Below, in pieces: positions 32,195 to 41,776 of a stretch of DNA of 64,000 nucleotides (within the stretch, counting starts at the first letter, position 1; every line of letters begins with the position of its first letter). The notes under the pieces are model-generated. The model saw only the letters and a list, made by a program, of their open reading frames with translations, did not search any database and was not told where the DNA came from. Source of the DNA: Candidatus Moraniibacteriota bacterium (lineage in GTDB: Bacteria > Patescibacteriota > Minisyncoccia > Moranbacterales > UBA1568); contig CP064974.1 of assembly GCA_016699385.1 (NCBI GenBank), forward strand, positions 596,466 to 660,465, read 5' to 3'. The translations under genes and the position numbers were made by a program.

Positions 32195-33112
32195 TTACCC
32201 TACCACTACTTTCGCTGGGCGAATTACTCTCGTGCCACTCTTGTATCCTCGCTGGAGCATCTTGACGACCGTGCCCTCTTCTGTCGATTCACCCTCTTCC
32301 CGACTCACTGCCTCATGCAAATGTGGATCAAATGTTTCGCCTTCTTTCGCCTCAAATGACGAGATGCCATTTGTTGCGAGCGCTTCGTCAAGCTGCTTCC
32401 CGATATAGGTAATGCCGGTCATCCATGCATTTGACTTTTCTTCTTCTGGCACATGAAGCGCCGCCGCGCGAAAGTTGTCGATAACCGGAATAATATCCAT
32501 CGCAACCCGCTCCGCGCTCATCGCCGACAATTCCTTCATTCTTTCCTCCTGCCGTCGTCTGTAATTTTCAAAGTCCGCCGAAATCCGCTTCACATCATTC
32601 AAGTACTCTTGTTCTTTGAGTCGCTCTGTAGTAGCTGCTACAAAATATTTTGCCATGTGACCAAATTCGTCACCACTCGAAACTTCTTCTGCTGTCACCC
32701 ATCGATATTCACTGTGTTCTGAACTCAATTCAATAACACGTGAAGAAGAGATGAAAGCAACGTATCCAATAGTCAGCACCCGCTTCTTGCGATATTCAGC
32801 AAGAAAGACGCCAGTCTGCTTCACAGTATCAACATCATCAAAACCAATTTCTTCGCCAAGTTCTCGAGACAAAGAATCTTCAAGACTCTCCGCAACGTCC
32901 ACTCGTCCACCAGGGAAATCCCACAATCCATATTTTTCCACAAAGAAACTCTCCGTATCAGCAATCTTCAACATCAAGAAAGTCTGTTTCTCTGGATCAT
33001 ACACAACAAGTTTTTGCGATATCTGAAAGAGCTCATGTCCCTTTGCATCCGCTATGAATTTTCCGTCAACAGTTTTTGTTTCCATACGAATAATTTCAAA
33101 AGAAAATCTCAA
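32195..33112 (-). CDS. grpE: NUDIX hydrolase domain fused to nucleotide-exchange factor GrpE
   Basis: The N-terminal ~150 aa carry a perfect NUDIX box GGRVDVAESLEDSLSRELGEEIGF. The C-terminal ~150 aa are GrpE-like (DFENYRRRQEERM…IIPVIDNF…KMLQRGYKSGTRVIRPAKVVV). The gene sits between hrcA and hsp20-dnaK. Confidence 0.8.
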   Translation of the reverse strand: MRFSFEIIRMETKTVDGKFIADAKGHELFQISQKLVVYDPEKQTFLMLKIADTESFFVEKYGLWDFPGGRVDVAESLEDSLSRELGEEIGFDDVDTVKQTGVFLAEYRKKRVLTIGYVAFISSSRVIELSSEHSEYRWVTAEEVSSGDEFGHMAKYFVAATTERLKEQEYLNDVKRISADFENYRRRQEERMKELSAMSAERVAMDIIPVIDNFRAAALHVPEEEKSNAWMTGITYIGKQLDEALATNGISSFEAKEGETFDPHLHEAVSREEGESTEEGTVVKMLQRGYKSGTRVIRPAKVVVG

Positions 33113-33124
33113 AACTCCTTCAGT

Positions 33125-33871
33125 CTACTGCACAATGATAAACATCGCGACGACGCTCATCGACCCGCCAAGCATTCGTTTCATATATTCGAGAAGCGAC
33201 TTATTCTTGGCATACTTCATACGCTTTGGACCGATAATAGCGAGGACTCCTCGATCACCATCGGCATTTTGATACGGAGAAACCATCATGGAACAATTGG
33301 AAATCTCTTTGATAGGATTCTCCGAACCGATAAATATTTTCACCTCGCCGTCTTTCATCTTCGCAAGCAACGTATCAATATTCTCATCAATCGAATCGAG
33401 CGCTTCTACCAATCGACACACTTCGTCAAGCTCCTGAAACTCCGGCTCTCCCATCAGCTCCTTCATCCCAAAGTCATAGAACTCATCGCGACTCACGACA
33501 CCCGACACCGCAAGACTCCCCGAAAATGCCGAGAGAAGTTTGGCTGTCGTGCGCGAGAGGCGCACATTCCGCGCCTCAAGCACCAGGAGTTCTTTCTTTA
33601 ATTGAGCCTCTTCCTCTTTCGAAAGCAATTCCTCCTTCATCCCATGCTCGATATAAAATCGATAGCCCTGATCAGTCGGGATGCGCCCAGACGAAACGTG
33701 TGGCTGATAGAGATAGCCTTCCGCTTCCAGCGTCGCCATATCACTCCGCACTGTCGCAGACGACACTGGCAGATGAACCCGCGAGAGAAGCGCCTCCGAC
33801 CCAACCGGGAGCGCACTCTTTGTGTAGAGCTCCACCACCGCCGAAAGAATGGTTTGCTGCCTTTCATTCAT
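33125..33871 (-). CDS. hrcA: heat-inducible transcriptional repressor HrcA
   Basis: Winged-helix N-terminus plus HrcA C-domain; 258-aa ORF. The start is taken at the ATG (MNERQQ, 33871) because the ORF-track start at 33901 is a GTG that overlaps CIRCE. Confidence 0.9.
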   Translation of the reverse strand: MNERQQTILSAVVELYTKSALPVGSEALLSRVHLPVSSATVRSDMATLEAEGYLYQPHVSSGRIPTDQGYRFYIEHGMKEELLSKEEEAQLKKELLVLEARNVRLSRTTAKLLSAFSGSLAVSGVVSRDEFYDFGMKELMGEPEFQELDEVCRLVEALDSIDENIDTLLAKMKDGEVKIFIGSENPIKEISNCSMMVSPYQNADGDRGVLAIIGPKRMKYAKNKSLLEYMKRMLGGSMSVVAMFIIVQ

Positions 33872-33894
33872 ATATCTCAAGTATAATTCATCAA

Positions 33895-33921
33895 TTAGCA
33901 CTCGTCAAGTATGAGTGCTAA
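33895..33921. promoter_or_regulatory. CIRCE operator (HrcA binding site)
   Basis: Perfect consensus TTAGCACTC-N9-GAGTGCTAA, 24 nt upstream of the hrcA ATG. Confidence 0.9.
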
Positions 33922-34013
33922 TTCCAATTTTTTGGCTCAGGGACAGCTTAAGATGACGTTCTTACCTAAATAATCAGGGAGGAAGCTGCTCAAATTCCCA
34001 AGAGGAATGCAGC

Positions 34014-34592
34014 ATGAAGCACTTTGACGAAATACCTAACCTGGATATACTAACAGAAGTACCTTCCACAACAACCTTCCTCGGAGAATACAAGATGCAA
34101 TACTTTCAAGATAAGATAGCACATTCACTCAATGACCTTGCCAAGAAACGACAGGCGATCGTGCGCAATAATAATGAGGAAAAGATTGTCCTTACAAGCG
34201 GATGTTTCGACATCCTACACGGCGGACACCTCGAATATCTTTGCGATGCCAATAAATATGGCTTCCTCATTGTTGGCGTAAATAGCGATGCTTTCGTCAG
34301 ACGACTCAAAGGATCATCAAGACCGCTGCGAGGACAGGAAGATCGATTGTTTACGATTGCAGGATTCGAACCAGTTGAGCTTGCAGTTATATTCAATGAC
34401 GACGTAGAGCTCATACGAACAGTGCAACCAGATATATACGTGGCATCTAATACATCTCACATTCGCATCTGGGATGACACCTACCGACTCCAAACATTGC
34501 AGAATATGGGCACAGCCATCATTGAGTTAACGGCTCACAAAGAAGAGTCAACTACGAATATCATTGCGCGAGCGCAAAGTGCTTTCGCTTAG
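34014..34592 (+). CDS. cytidylyltransferase-like nucleotidyltransferase (RfaE domain II / HldE-C-like)
   Basis: GCFDILHGGH (HxGH) signature of class-I nucleotidyltransferases; 192-aa ORF, start possibly at a later Met. Confidence 0.65.
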   Translation: MKHFDEIPNLDILTEVPSTTTFLGEYKMQYFQDKIAHSLNDLAKKRQAIVRNNNEEKIVLTSGCFDILHGGHLEYLCDANKYGFLIVGVNSDAFVRRLKGSSRPLRGQEDRLFTIAGFEPVELAVIFNDDVELIRTVQPDIYVASNTSHIRIWDDTYRLQTLQNMGTAIIELTAHKEESTTNIIARAQSAFA

Positions 34593-34687
34593 ACTGCATA
34601 ACTCTCGACTGCCCCTCTCGTTCGAAGGGCAGTCGATTTCTTTCGCTTATACTACTCGTCCCTTAACCCTACTTTCTCCATCTTTCT

Positions 34688-35179
34688 ATGAGAATACTCG
34701 ATCCAAATAGAGCACAGTACACACAGTCGTTCAGAGATAAAAATAGGGGCGTGTGCGTCTTCTGCAAAGAAAACGAAACCCTTGAAATTCATTCGTTAAA
34801 AAATAAGTACTGGCGAATCATAGCAAACCGATTCCCCTACATGGATGGAAACGTCATGCTCATTCCAAATCGACATATCGAAACACTCGAAGAAATAACC
34901 GCCACAGAATGGAGACACTTCAGCCAGCTTCTCTTAAAGACAAAAAGAACACTCGAGAAAGTTTTCAAGACAGAATCCTTCAATATTGGCATGAACCTTG
35001 GTCCGGAATCTGGAGCATCAATAGCCCACATTCACTGGCAAATCATTCCAAGAACATTCAAAAATATCACTGTCATGAATACATTGGCAGACCTCCACAT
35101 TGTCTCTATACCCCCAGAGGAAACAAGAAAACGAATAGAGGATACAATTGCACAAGAAGGTGTTTCCAAGAAATCATAA
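34688..35179 (+). CDS. HIT-superfamily nucleotidyltransferase (GalT branch, HxHxQ)
   Basis: CVFC zinc motif and HIHWQII (His-x-His-x-Gln) active-site motif; 163 aa. Confidence 0.65.
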   Translation: MRILDPNRAQYTQSFRDKNRGVCVFCKENETLEIHSLKNKYWRIIANRFPYMDGNVMLIPNRHIETLEEITATEWRHFSQLLLKTKRTLEKVFKTESFNIGMNLGPESGASIAHIHWQIIPRTFKNITVMNTLADLHIVSIPPEETRKRIEDTIAQEGVSKKS

Positions 35180-35194
35180 AGAGAAATAGAAAAG

Positions 35195-35458
35195 TTACTC
35201 ACTGAGAGACATTCTCTCTTTTCCCGAAGGGACAGGGTCGTACCCGCCGGAGTGCCACGGATGACAGTGCAAAAGCCGTCGGAGAGCAAAGTACCCGCCT
35301 CGGAAAACCCCGAAGCGCTCGACTGATTGCCGCGCATATTCCGAGCATGACGGATAAAAACGGCAAAAACGCAGTGGCATAATTTTTCCCAACAACCCAT
35401 GATCGAGGGAAAGGGTTTTTTGATAGAAAGTAATCAATAGAAGAAGCGCTTTTTTCAT
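35195..35458 (-). CDS. yidD: membrane protein insertion efficiency factor YidD
   Basis: [18 protein letters not shown]…[11 protein letters not shown]…HGGYDPVP is the canonical YidD sequence; the start is the internal ATG of ORF 35195..35626. Confidence 0.85.
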   Translation of the reverse strand: MKKALLLLITFYQKTLSLDHGLLGKIMPLRFCRFYPSCSEYARQSVERFGVFRGGYFALRRLLHCHPWHSGGYDPVPSGKERMSLSE

Positions 35459-35504
35459 AGTCTCTATGGTATAATGAAGAGGCTTCATTTTCAAACAAAA
35501 AGCT

Positions 35505-36413
35505 ATGAAAACTGTCTCCTTCGGTGCTATTTCCTGGGTCGATATGTCGAATCCTGGTCCAGAAGATATACTCCATCTCCAGGAGGATTTCAATATCCAT
35601 CCGATAGCCATCGAAGAATTCTCCACACCAACCTATCAGCCCAAAGCGATAAACTTCGACAATTGTCTCTTTCTTTCCGTTCATATTCCCCTCTTCGACG
35701 CCAAAAATCGCACCACCTACCCAGGAGAAATAGACATTATATTGACCGATACACACCTCATCACTGGACATCACGACGACATGTTTCAGGTGACGGAATT
35801 CTTCGAAGCACTCGAGAAAAACGAAGGCAAGCGCCGCTTGCACATGGACAAAACGCCTGCGCATCTCATGTACCATATCCTCGATTTGCTCATGAATTCC
35901 TGCTTTCCGCGTCTCGATCACATCGCACGAAATCTCGACGCCATCGAAGACAACGTTTTCAACGGTAAGGAGAAAGAAATGGTATTTGAAATTTCCGTCG
36001 TGAAACGGGACATTCTCAATTTCCGCCGGACACTCAAACCGCAACGATCCATCATTGAATCCATATCCCAGAAACAAAGCCCGTTTATTCCAAGCAGTCT
36101 CACTATGTATTTCCAAGATCTCATCGGTACAAATATTCGCCTCTGGAATATCCTTGAAAACAACAAGGAGATTATCGAATCACTCGAGGCAACCAACAAC
36201 TCTCTTCTCTCAAACAAGCTCGACCTCACCATGAAGGTGCTCACTATCTTCTCTGCCATCATGCTCCCAATGACTGTCTATTCGAATGTGCTCGCCATGA
36301 GCGCAAGCATTCCTTTTGCCAATAGCCCTTATGCCTTCTGGATCCATGTCGGCATCATGTTCTGCATCTCATTCGCCACTATTATCGTCTTCCGTGCCAA
36401 AAAGTGGTTTTAG
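35505..36413 (+). CDS. corA: CorA-family divalent cation transporter (non-canonical A-M-S in place of G-M-N)
   Basis: 302 aa with a cytoplasmic alpha/beta + coiled-coil domain and two C-terminal TM helices; the loop motif reads [10 protein letters not shown] instead of YGMNF. Confidence 0.7.
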   Translation: MKTVSFGAISWVDMSNPGPEDILHLQEDFNIHPIAIEEFSTPTYQPKAINFDNCLFLSVHIPLFDAKNRTTYPGEIDIILTDTHLITGHHDDMFQVTEFFEALEKNEGKRRLHMDKTPAHLMYHILDLLMNSCFPRLDHIARNLDAIEDNVFNGKEKEMVFEISVVKRDILNFRRTLKPQRSIIESISQKQSPFIPSSLTMYFQDLIGTNIRLWNILENNKEIIESLEATNNSLLSNKLDLTMKVLTIFSAIMLPMTVYSNVLAMSASIPFANSPYAFWIHVGIMFCISFATIIVFRAKKWF

Positions 36414-36551
36414 AGCGCATACCAAAAGGAAGAGAGATCTCTCGAGAGATTCTGACACAGAACATACCCGAACAATGCATTTTTCAATAAATGAAATCTA
36501 CACAACAGACACAGAAAGATACAGAATATTTCATCAGCAAGATTCAAACCT

Positions 36552-36917
36552 ATGCCTTTCTACCAATCCCCCATCAAAAACCCCGCCGTCACATCGCTCA
36601 CATTTCTTCTTGGCGTGATGGTTATCGTGGCAATAACGCTCTCTCTCCGTGTCGCCGACGCAGAGCGTCTTGCTAAAAATGCCGAGCCCAGTATCGAGAC
36701 CATACCGATTGACCCGAAACTTTCCGAGATCCAACGAAACATACAAGCAGACCGGGAACAAAAACTCAAAAGCTCCACCCCCGCCCTACAGAAAACCATC
36801 ACCGAAACAAAACCCGTCACAACTACAACACTTGTCCCTGCTCAGCAGACAGCATCAACCAATCCAAGCTCCACGACGACTCCCAAAAAGTCAAACCGAA
36901 CAACGAAAACATCTTAG
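36552..36917 (+). CDS. small membrane-anchored Ser/Thr-rich hypothetical protein
   Basis: 121 aa with an N-terminal TM helix and a T/S/P-rich tail. Confidence 0.4.
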   Translation: MPFYQSPIKNPAVTSLTFLLGVMVIVAITLSLRVADAERLAKNAEPSIETIPIDPKLSEIQRNIQADREQKLKSSTPALQKTITETKPVTTTTLVPAQQTASTNPSSTTTPKKSNRTTKTS

Positions 36918-36932
36918 AATATACGCTCCCTT

Positions 36933-37319
36933 ATGAAAAAACGCCTCTTCTTCATATTTTCCTTTCTATTCCTTGTCTTCGGTTCGGTAGCACTCACCAC
37001 CTATCAAAACATCCTCCATGCCGAAGATGACGAAGAAGAACACGAGGAAGAACATGATGAAGACGACCATGAAAGCAATGAAACAAAGAAAACGAATACA
37101 GATAATACATCTCCTACCAAACAATCATCCATTACCAATCAGCCAACATTGATTCCTGTAACCACAGTCACGCAGCAAGAAGTCACGACTGTACTCACGG
37201 ACAGTGACGGAGACGGGCTCTACGACAACGAAGATCCTCATCCAAATATTCCAGAAATTTACATCGTGCATGATGATAACAAAAATGGCATCGCAGATCG
37301 TTTCGAATCTTCCCCATAA
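36933..37319 (+). CDS. small secreted acidic protein with a DSDGDG calcium-binding-like motif
   Basis: Signal peptide MKKRLFFIFSFLFLVFG, a run of E/D/H residues, and DSDGDGLYDNEDPHPN. Confidence 0.45.
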   Translation: MKKRLFFIFSFLFLVFGSVALTTYQNILHAEDDEEEHEEEHDEDDHESNETKKTNTDNTSPTKQSSITNQPTLIPVTTVTQQEVTTVLTDSDGDGLYDNEDPHPNIPEIYIVHDDNKNGIADRFESSP

Positions 37320-37343
37320 ACCACCCTCTTTTTCGGAACGTCC

Positions 37344-38321
37344 ATGACTCCGAAGCATCACAACTCGAAGGAGGCGCTTCTCTCTACAACCCGTCTCTTT
37401 CGTGCTATGGGAACGGAAACGTATCTCGAAATAATCCACCGAAAAGGCGAGACCCGAAGAGCAGAAGACTCACTCGCAAAAGCCGTCGAGTGCTGCTTTG
37501 AAAAAATAAAGATCTTCAATCGATTCGACCTCGAAAGTGAACTTTCACAATTCAACAGACATATCGGAGAGTTTCGAAACGCTTCACCTGACATGCTCGC
37601 TATCGCGCTTCATGCACTCTCATTTCACAAAAAGAGTGATGGCCTCTTTGATCCGCGTATTCTCTCCGTTCTTGAACGTATCGGATATAGCTCGGACTTC
37701 TCCAATATACAATCCCAATCGCCGATACTTGAAAGGTTCTTCTCCCCGCGCATCACTCCACTCAAGCACGATCTCAAAGTCTGGGGTGAAATGGTGCAAC
37801 TCGACACACCTATGGACTTTTCCGGAATCGCCAAAGGATATATTCTAGACAAAATGGCAGAGCAAATACAAAGTGATGGTTGGCACAATTTCCTCGTTGA
37901 CTCGGGTGGTGATATGATGGCGCGTGGCACCAATCGTGAAAGAGGACGCTGGAGCATCAATGTCGAAAACATCCCCGAAGAATCCTTGCTCCTCGAAATC
38001 ACCGAGAAAGCGATAGCGACGTCCGGCATTACCAGAAAACAATGGACGTCCTCCCAAGGGAAACGCTATCACCACCTCATTCATCCCAAACATCCAAACA
38101 CTTTCTCCTTCAATCTCCTTTCTGTCACTGTCATCTCACATTCTGCCGAACACGCCGATTTCCTTGCCAAAGTGCTATTCCTTATGGGAATCAAGGACGG
38201 ATTCTGCTACGCCAAACAACATTCCATCCCTGCTATTTTCATCAAAGCAAGCTCCAAAGAAACGTCAAAAATCTCCTGGAACCTCACTCCCGAAATTAAG
38301 CATTTTCTTTCCAAAAAATAA
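37344..38321 (+). CDS. apbE: FAD:protein FMN transferase ApbE
   Basis: 325 aa ApbE family (…MDFSGIAKGY…DSGGDMMARG…); no obvious signal peptide. Confidence 0.85.
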   Translation: MTPKHHNSKEALLSTTRLFRAMGTETYLEIIHRKGETRRAEDSLAKAVECCFEKIKIFNRFDLESELSQFNRHIGEFRNASPDMLAIALHALSFHKKSDGLFDPRILSVLERIGYSSDFSNIQSQSPILERFFSPRITPLKHDLKVWGEMVQLDTPMDFSGIAKGYILDKMAEQIQSDGWHNFLVDSGGDMMARGTNRERGRWSINVENIPEESLLLEITEKAIATSGITRKQWTSSQGKRYHHLIHPKHPNTFSFNLLSVTVISHSAEHADFLAKVLFLMGIKDGFCYAKQHSIPAIFIKASSKETSKISWNLTPEIKHFLSKK

Positions 38322-38331
38322 CGCGACTCCT

Positions 38332-39234
38332 ATGAAAAGAGTTTTCGTATCTGCATTTATTGCATTCGTATTGGGAGTGATCGTATTCGCGTCGCCAATC
38401 ACTCGTGCCGAAGAGCCCATGAACTTTCTCTCCTATCCCGACGGTCCCATACTCGATTCCGATCTCGACGGACTAACCGATGTTGGAGAAACAACACTCT
38501 TTCAGACCGATCCAAAAAATCCCGACAGCGACAGTGACGGCTGGTATGACGGAACAGAGATACTTGCGAAGACCGACCCGCTTGATTCAACATCACCCTC
38601 AGCGACCACCATCATCACACCAAATCCATCCTCGATACAAACTCCTTGGGTCTGGTACATCACCCGCGCCTCGGGACTCATCGCTTTCGCTTTCGCTTGG
38701 CTTACTATTTTCCTCGGTGTTGCCATTCGACTTCCCGGTCTCAAGAATATCATCCGTCCCGTCTATTCTCTTTCTGTTCATTACACTCTCGCAGTACAGA
38801 CACTCTTCTTTGCATTTCTCCACAGTATAAGCTTCCTCTTTGATCCATTCATGCTGCCGACACTTGCTGACGCATTCATCCCCTTCCATATCAGCGCCGA
38901 CAAACTCGACCCCCTCTCACTTGCCCTTGGCATCATGGCACTCTACGGATTCATCGTTCTTGTCTTCACGAGTTGGATCAAACCCATGATTCCACAACGT
39001 ATCTGGAGAATCACTCATTTTCTCAATATTTTCGTATACGCGACTGTCGTCGCACACGCACTATTCCTCGGTACAGATATGAAAATTCCTCTCTACCGAA
39101 ACATCTTCATCGGCATAAATATCTTCCTTGTCATCCTTCTTTTCTCGAACCTCGCCCTCAAACTCTCCAACGTCCTCCGCCGCCGCGCTATACAACAACA
39201 GCCAGTATCATCAATTACTAATCAAAGTACGTAG
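38332..39234 (+). CDS. ferric-reductase-domain (bis-heme) membrane protein with an extracytoplasmic Asp-rich N-terminal region
   Basis: Signal peptide; DSDLDGLTD and DSDSDGWYD motifs; 6 TM with His pairs H-x13-H (VHYTLAV…FLH) and H-x12-H (HFLNIF…VAH) as in the FRD/NOX/MsrQ heme-binding cores. ATG at 38332 (ORF 38164.. overlaps apbE and is an artefact). Confidence 0.6.
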   Translation: MKRVFVSAFIAFVLGVIVFASPITRAEEPMNFLSYPDGPILDSDLDGLTDVGETTLFQTDPKNPDSDSDGWYDGTEILAKTDPLDSTSPSATTIITPNPSSIQTPWVWYITRASGLIAFAFAWLTIFLGVAIRLPGLKNIIRPVYSLSVHYTLAVQTLFFAFLHSISFLFDPFMLPTLADAFIPFHISADKLDPLSLALGIMALYGFIVLVFTSWIKPMIPQRIWRITHFLNIFVYATVVAHALFLGTDMKIPLYRNIFIGINIFLVILLFSNLALKLSNVLRRRAIQQQPVSSITNQST

Positions 39235-39434
39235 CATAATTGAAATCACAGGAGTCTGAAAAAATAACTAGAGCTTATACCAAAAATAGCTTTCGACGAT
39301 TTTTAGGAAATTTGAATGGAAAGTTATGAAAAACAAGAAGGAATATCGGGATATTTCGACGAGTCTTGAATGATTTTCCGTCAAAATTTACAAAAAGTAA
39401 GGCAAAGATTATTTTTGAGATAGGCTCTAGAAAG

Positions 39435-39466
39435 AAAACCCTGCATTCCTCATAATGCAGGGTTTT
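39435..39466. terminator. bidirectional rho-independent terminator
   Basis: CCCTGCATT-cctcat-AATGCAGGG with AAAA on the left and TTTT on the right; ends the plus-strand FRD gene and the minus-strand carbonic-anhydrase operon. Confidence 0.65.
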
Positions 39467-39493
39467 GTTATATCTCAAGCTTTGTTCTCCTCC

Positions 39494-40066
39494 TTACAGC
39501 TCCTCGGAACAAACGTTTCTATGTAGTTGACATAGTCGTTTATTTACATCAACCACTTCCCCATTGAACATTTTGTACTCAGGAGGAACTTCCGGAAGAA
39601 TATCCGCATCCCCCTGACTAAGAATTACCGAGCCATGAGGAACAAATCGATTAGGTGGAATTTTCACGCCCATAACAAGACAGTGAAATCCAACATAGCA
39701 ATTCCGACCGATAACCGAGCCCCAAACAGTAGATCGAACGCCAATAAAAGTTTTCTTCCCGATTACAGTCGGACCGTGAATACAAGCGCAGTGTGCAATT
39801 GAACAATGTGATCCAATATAAATAGACCACGGAATGCCATCAACCTCAAACTGCTTGTCGCGAAGCCCATGGAACACCACTTGATCCTGAACATTCGTTC
39901 CATGCCCAATAAAAAAGGGGGCTCCCTCATCCGCACGAATAGAGGCATGTGGAGCAATAATGACTTGCGCTTCAACGGTAACCCGACCAATGACAACTGC
40001 GAGTGGATCAACATAGCTCAGATTGTGGATATCCGGAGATCCAAATCTGCCTTTTTCATGAACCAT
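39494..40066 (-). CDS. gamma-carbonic-anhydrase-like left-handed beta-helix (hexapeptide) protein
   Basis: 190 aa of hexapeptide repeats with His-rich IAHCACIHG-type motifs typical of the gamma-CA/YrdA/PaaY family. Confidence 0.75.
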   Translation of the reverse strand: MVHEKGRFGSPDIHNLSYVDPLAVVIGRVTVEAQVIIAPHASIRADEGAPFFIGHGTNVQDQVVFHGLRDKQFEVDGIPWSIYIGSHCSIAHCACIHGPTVIGKKTFIGVRSTVWGSVIGRNCYVGFHCLVMGVKIPPNRFVPHGSVILSQGDADILPEVPPEYKMFNGEVVDVNKRLCQLHRNVCSEEL

Positions 40067-40183
40067 ACAGCCTCCTCAGATTGCAAAACCGCCATGAGAA
40101 ATTCAAAGGACACAAAAGAACAGGAACAGCCTCGGTAGAATAAACGAATCACTGAAGAATGTCCATAGGCGTCACCAGAACGA

Positions 40184-41776
40184 CTACATCTTCTCCCGAT
40201 ATCCCTTTGCAAGAAACGGGAGAAGTGCAATAATCTCGTGTTCGAAAGAACGAAGCGCAAAAACTGGGAAAAGTCGCCCAGAGAGCAAATCATCTGTTGC
40301 AGAAAGACCCGGTTGAAATATCGCCCAAGCGTCTTCTCGAAGTCGCTCTATTTTTTCTGCGATATCATCTGAAAGAGTGGGCACTTTTTTCTCTAGGTAT
40401 GCTCGGAATTCTTGTGATGACATATCCATCCATGGGAGACATACCGTATCCGACCAATCAATATCCTCTAAGACACGCACCATTTCAGGTGAGCATTCTT
40501 TTTCCAACTTTTGGAAAAAGATAACCGGAACAGCACTGCGTACATACTCAGTGAGATCATCTCCAAAAAATTCCTCCACTGCTTTCAATTCCATCTCAGA
40601 TGAACGCCCTGCCAGCCGATTATTCCGAATAAGCCCCTCGACAAACTTAATTACAAACGAGAGATTTGGATTATATGGATCAACAGAAAATGATCGCAAT
40701 CGGTCATAAGGTCCACGATCACCAGAAGTCACTACTATAACACTTTCATCATGTTTGCTATAAGGATATTCCGCACAACGATTTAATAGAAATGCCGTAA
40801 ATGCATTCGCAAGCAAAAGGATGGCTCGCTCTTGAAGTGCACCTGAATCGTCACGAAGCTCAGGAAACACTTGAACAATTTCTTGCTTTACCAAGGAAAG
40901 AGCACCTTTCGAGATTTCCTCGAGATTTCGCCAAAAAAGGAGTGTACTTGTCCGATATGTTATCTCGTAATCAAAGTCAAAAGCATGCTCCACAAATGCA
41001 TCAAACAATATCCCACCATCGCAAGACCAACGCTCCGTCGAAAGTATTTTCCCCTCATCAACGAGACAAGACAAAACTTTCTCTGTAAACCCTTCACGAA
41101 GAACTCGGCTATCATTTATAATGTCATCCTTCTCAAGACCCATGAAAAGATACCCCGAATGAGGATCAAACGAAGTATGAATAAGAACAAGACGCTTTTG
41201 AGATTCAATATTCTTCTGAACAAACTTCCGAAGCGCTTCTGCCATTTTTCTTTTCCTTGTCACATCATCAAAAAGTCCATCATCAAGAGGAGTCTCCCCG
41301 CGAACCTCCGTTGAAAGCACTTTCCTCGCAGCGCAGTGTAAATGACTGTCCAATACCCAAGTCACCGTGTCACCTTCAGAGAACGACTCCCGCAGTGCTC
41401 GAGCAAGTTCCCCTTCCGAGAGAAACAAATCATCCTCTTCTGCATGAGGAAGAAACTCCGCATTGTCAGCAGCAGGTGTCCGAATTGCTCCCCCATGAAG
41501 CGAGGCAACGAGTTTTACAAGCACTCGACCGTCAACGCACAGCATCGTCCTCGGGAGACCACAAGGCAGAAGTTTCTGTTCTATTTGTAGAGATTCCAGA
41601 ACTTCCTCAGAGAGAATGTCCTTGGCGCGGTTATTTCGCGACGCTACGAAATTCTCAAGAGAAAATCGAATAAGAGCATTCTCAGAATCAGACCGCTTGC
41701 CATAGACTCGTTCAAATGCCGTAATACAGTGTTGCACATTCATATTTATACGAACATTATTCGTCCACACTTCCAT
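40184..41776 (-). CDS. hypothetical 530-aa protein with N-terminal beta-carbonic-anhydrase-like motifs
   Basis: ENFVAS (compare GNxRFVAG), then C80-x-D82-x-R84 (CVDGR) and H145-x-x-C148 (HLHC), with spacing like the beta-CA zinc ligands; the C-terminal ~330 aa are unassigned; overlaps the dedA stop. Confidence 0.5.
   Translation of the reverse strand: MEVWTNNVRINMNVQHCITAFERVYGKRSDSENALIRFSLENFVASRNNRAKDILSEEVLESLQIEQKLLPCGLPRTMLCVDGRVLVKLVASLHGGAIRTPAADNAEFLPHAEEDDLFLSEGELARALRESFSEGDTVTWVLDSHLHCAARKVLSTEVRGETPLDDGLFDDVTRKRKMAEALRKFVQKNIESQKRLVLIHTSFDPHSGYLFMGLEKDDIINDSRVLREGFTEKVLSCLVDEGKILSTERWSCDGGILFDAFVEHAFDFDYEITYRTSTLLFWRNLEEISKGALSLVKQEIVQVFPELRDDSGALQERAILLLANAFTAFLLNRCAEYPYSKHDESVIVVTSGDRGPYDRLRSFSVDPYNPNLSFVIKFVEGLIRNNRLAGRSSEMELKAVEEFFGDDLTEYVRSAVPVIFFQKLEKECSPEMVRVLEDIDWSDTVCLPWMDMSSQEFRAYLEKKVPTLSDDIAEKIERLREDAWAIFQPGLSATDDLLSGRLFPVFALRSFEHEIIALLPFLAKGYREKM

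Noticed and set aside
31520-32359. 279-aa plus-strand ORF
   Set aside because: Antisense to dnaK/hsp20; no motifs.
35199-36116. 305-aa ORF on the minus strand
   Set aside because: It lies entirely antisense to the well-supported CorA-like gene, is in a different frame from yidD, and has no motifs; likely a spurious antisense ORF.
38164-38331. N-terminal extension of the FRD-protein ORF overlapping apbE
   Set aside because: The extension is in another frame across the apbE 3' end. An ATG at 38332 followed by a signal peptide is the convincing start.
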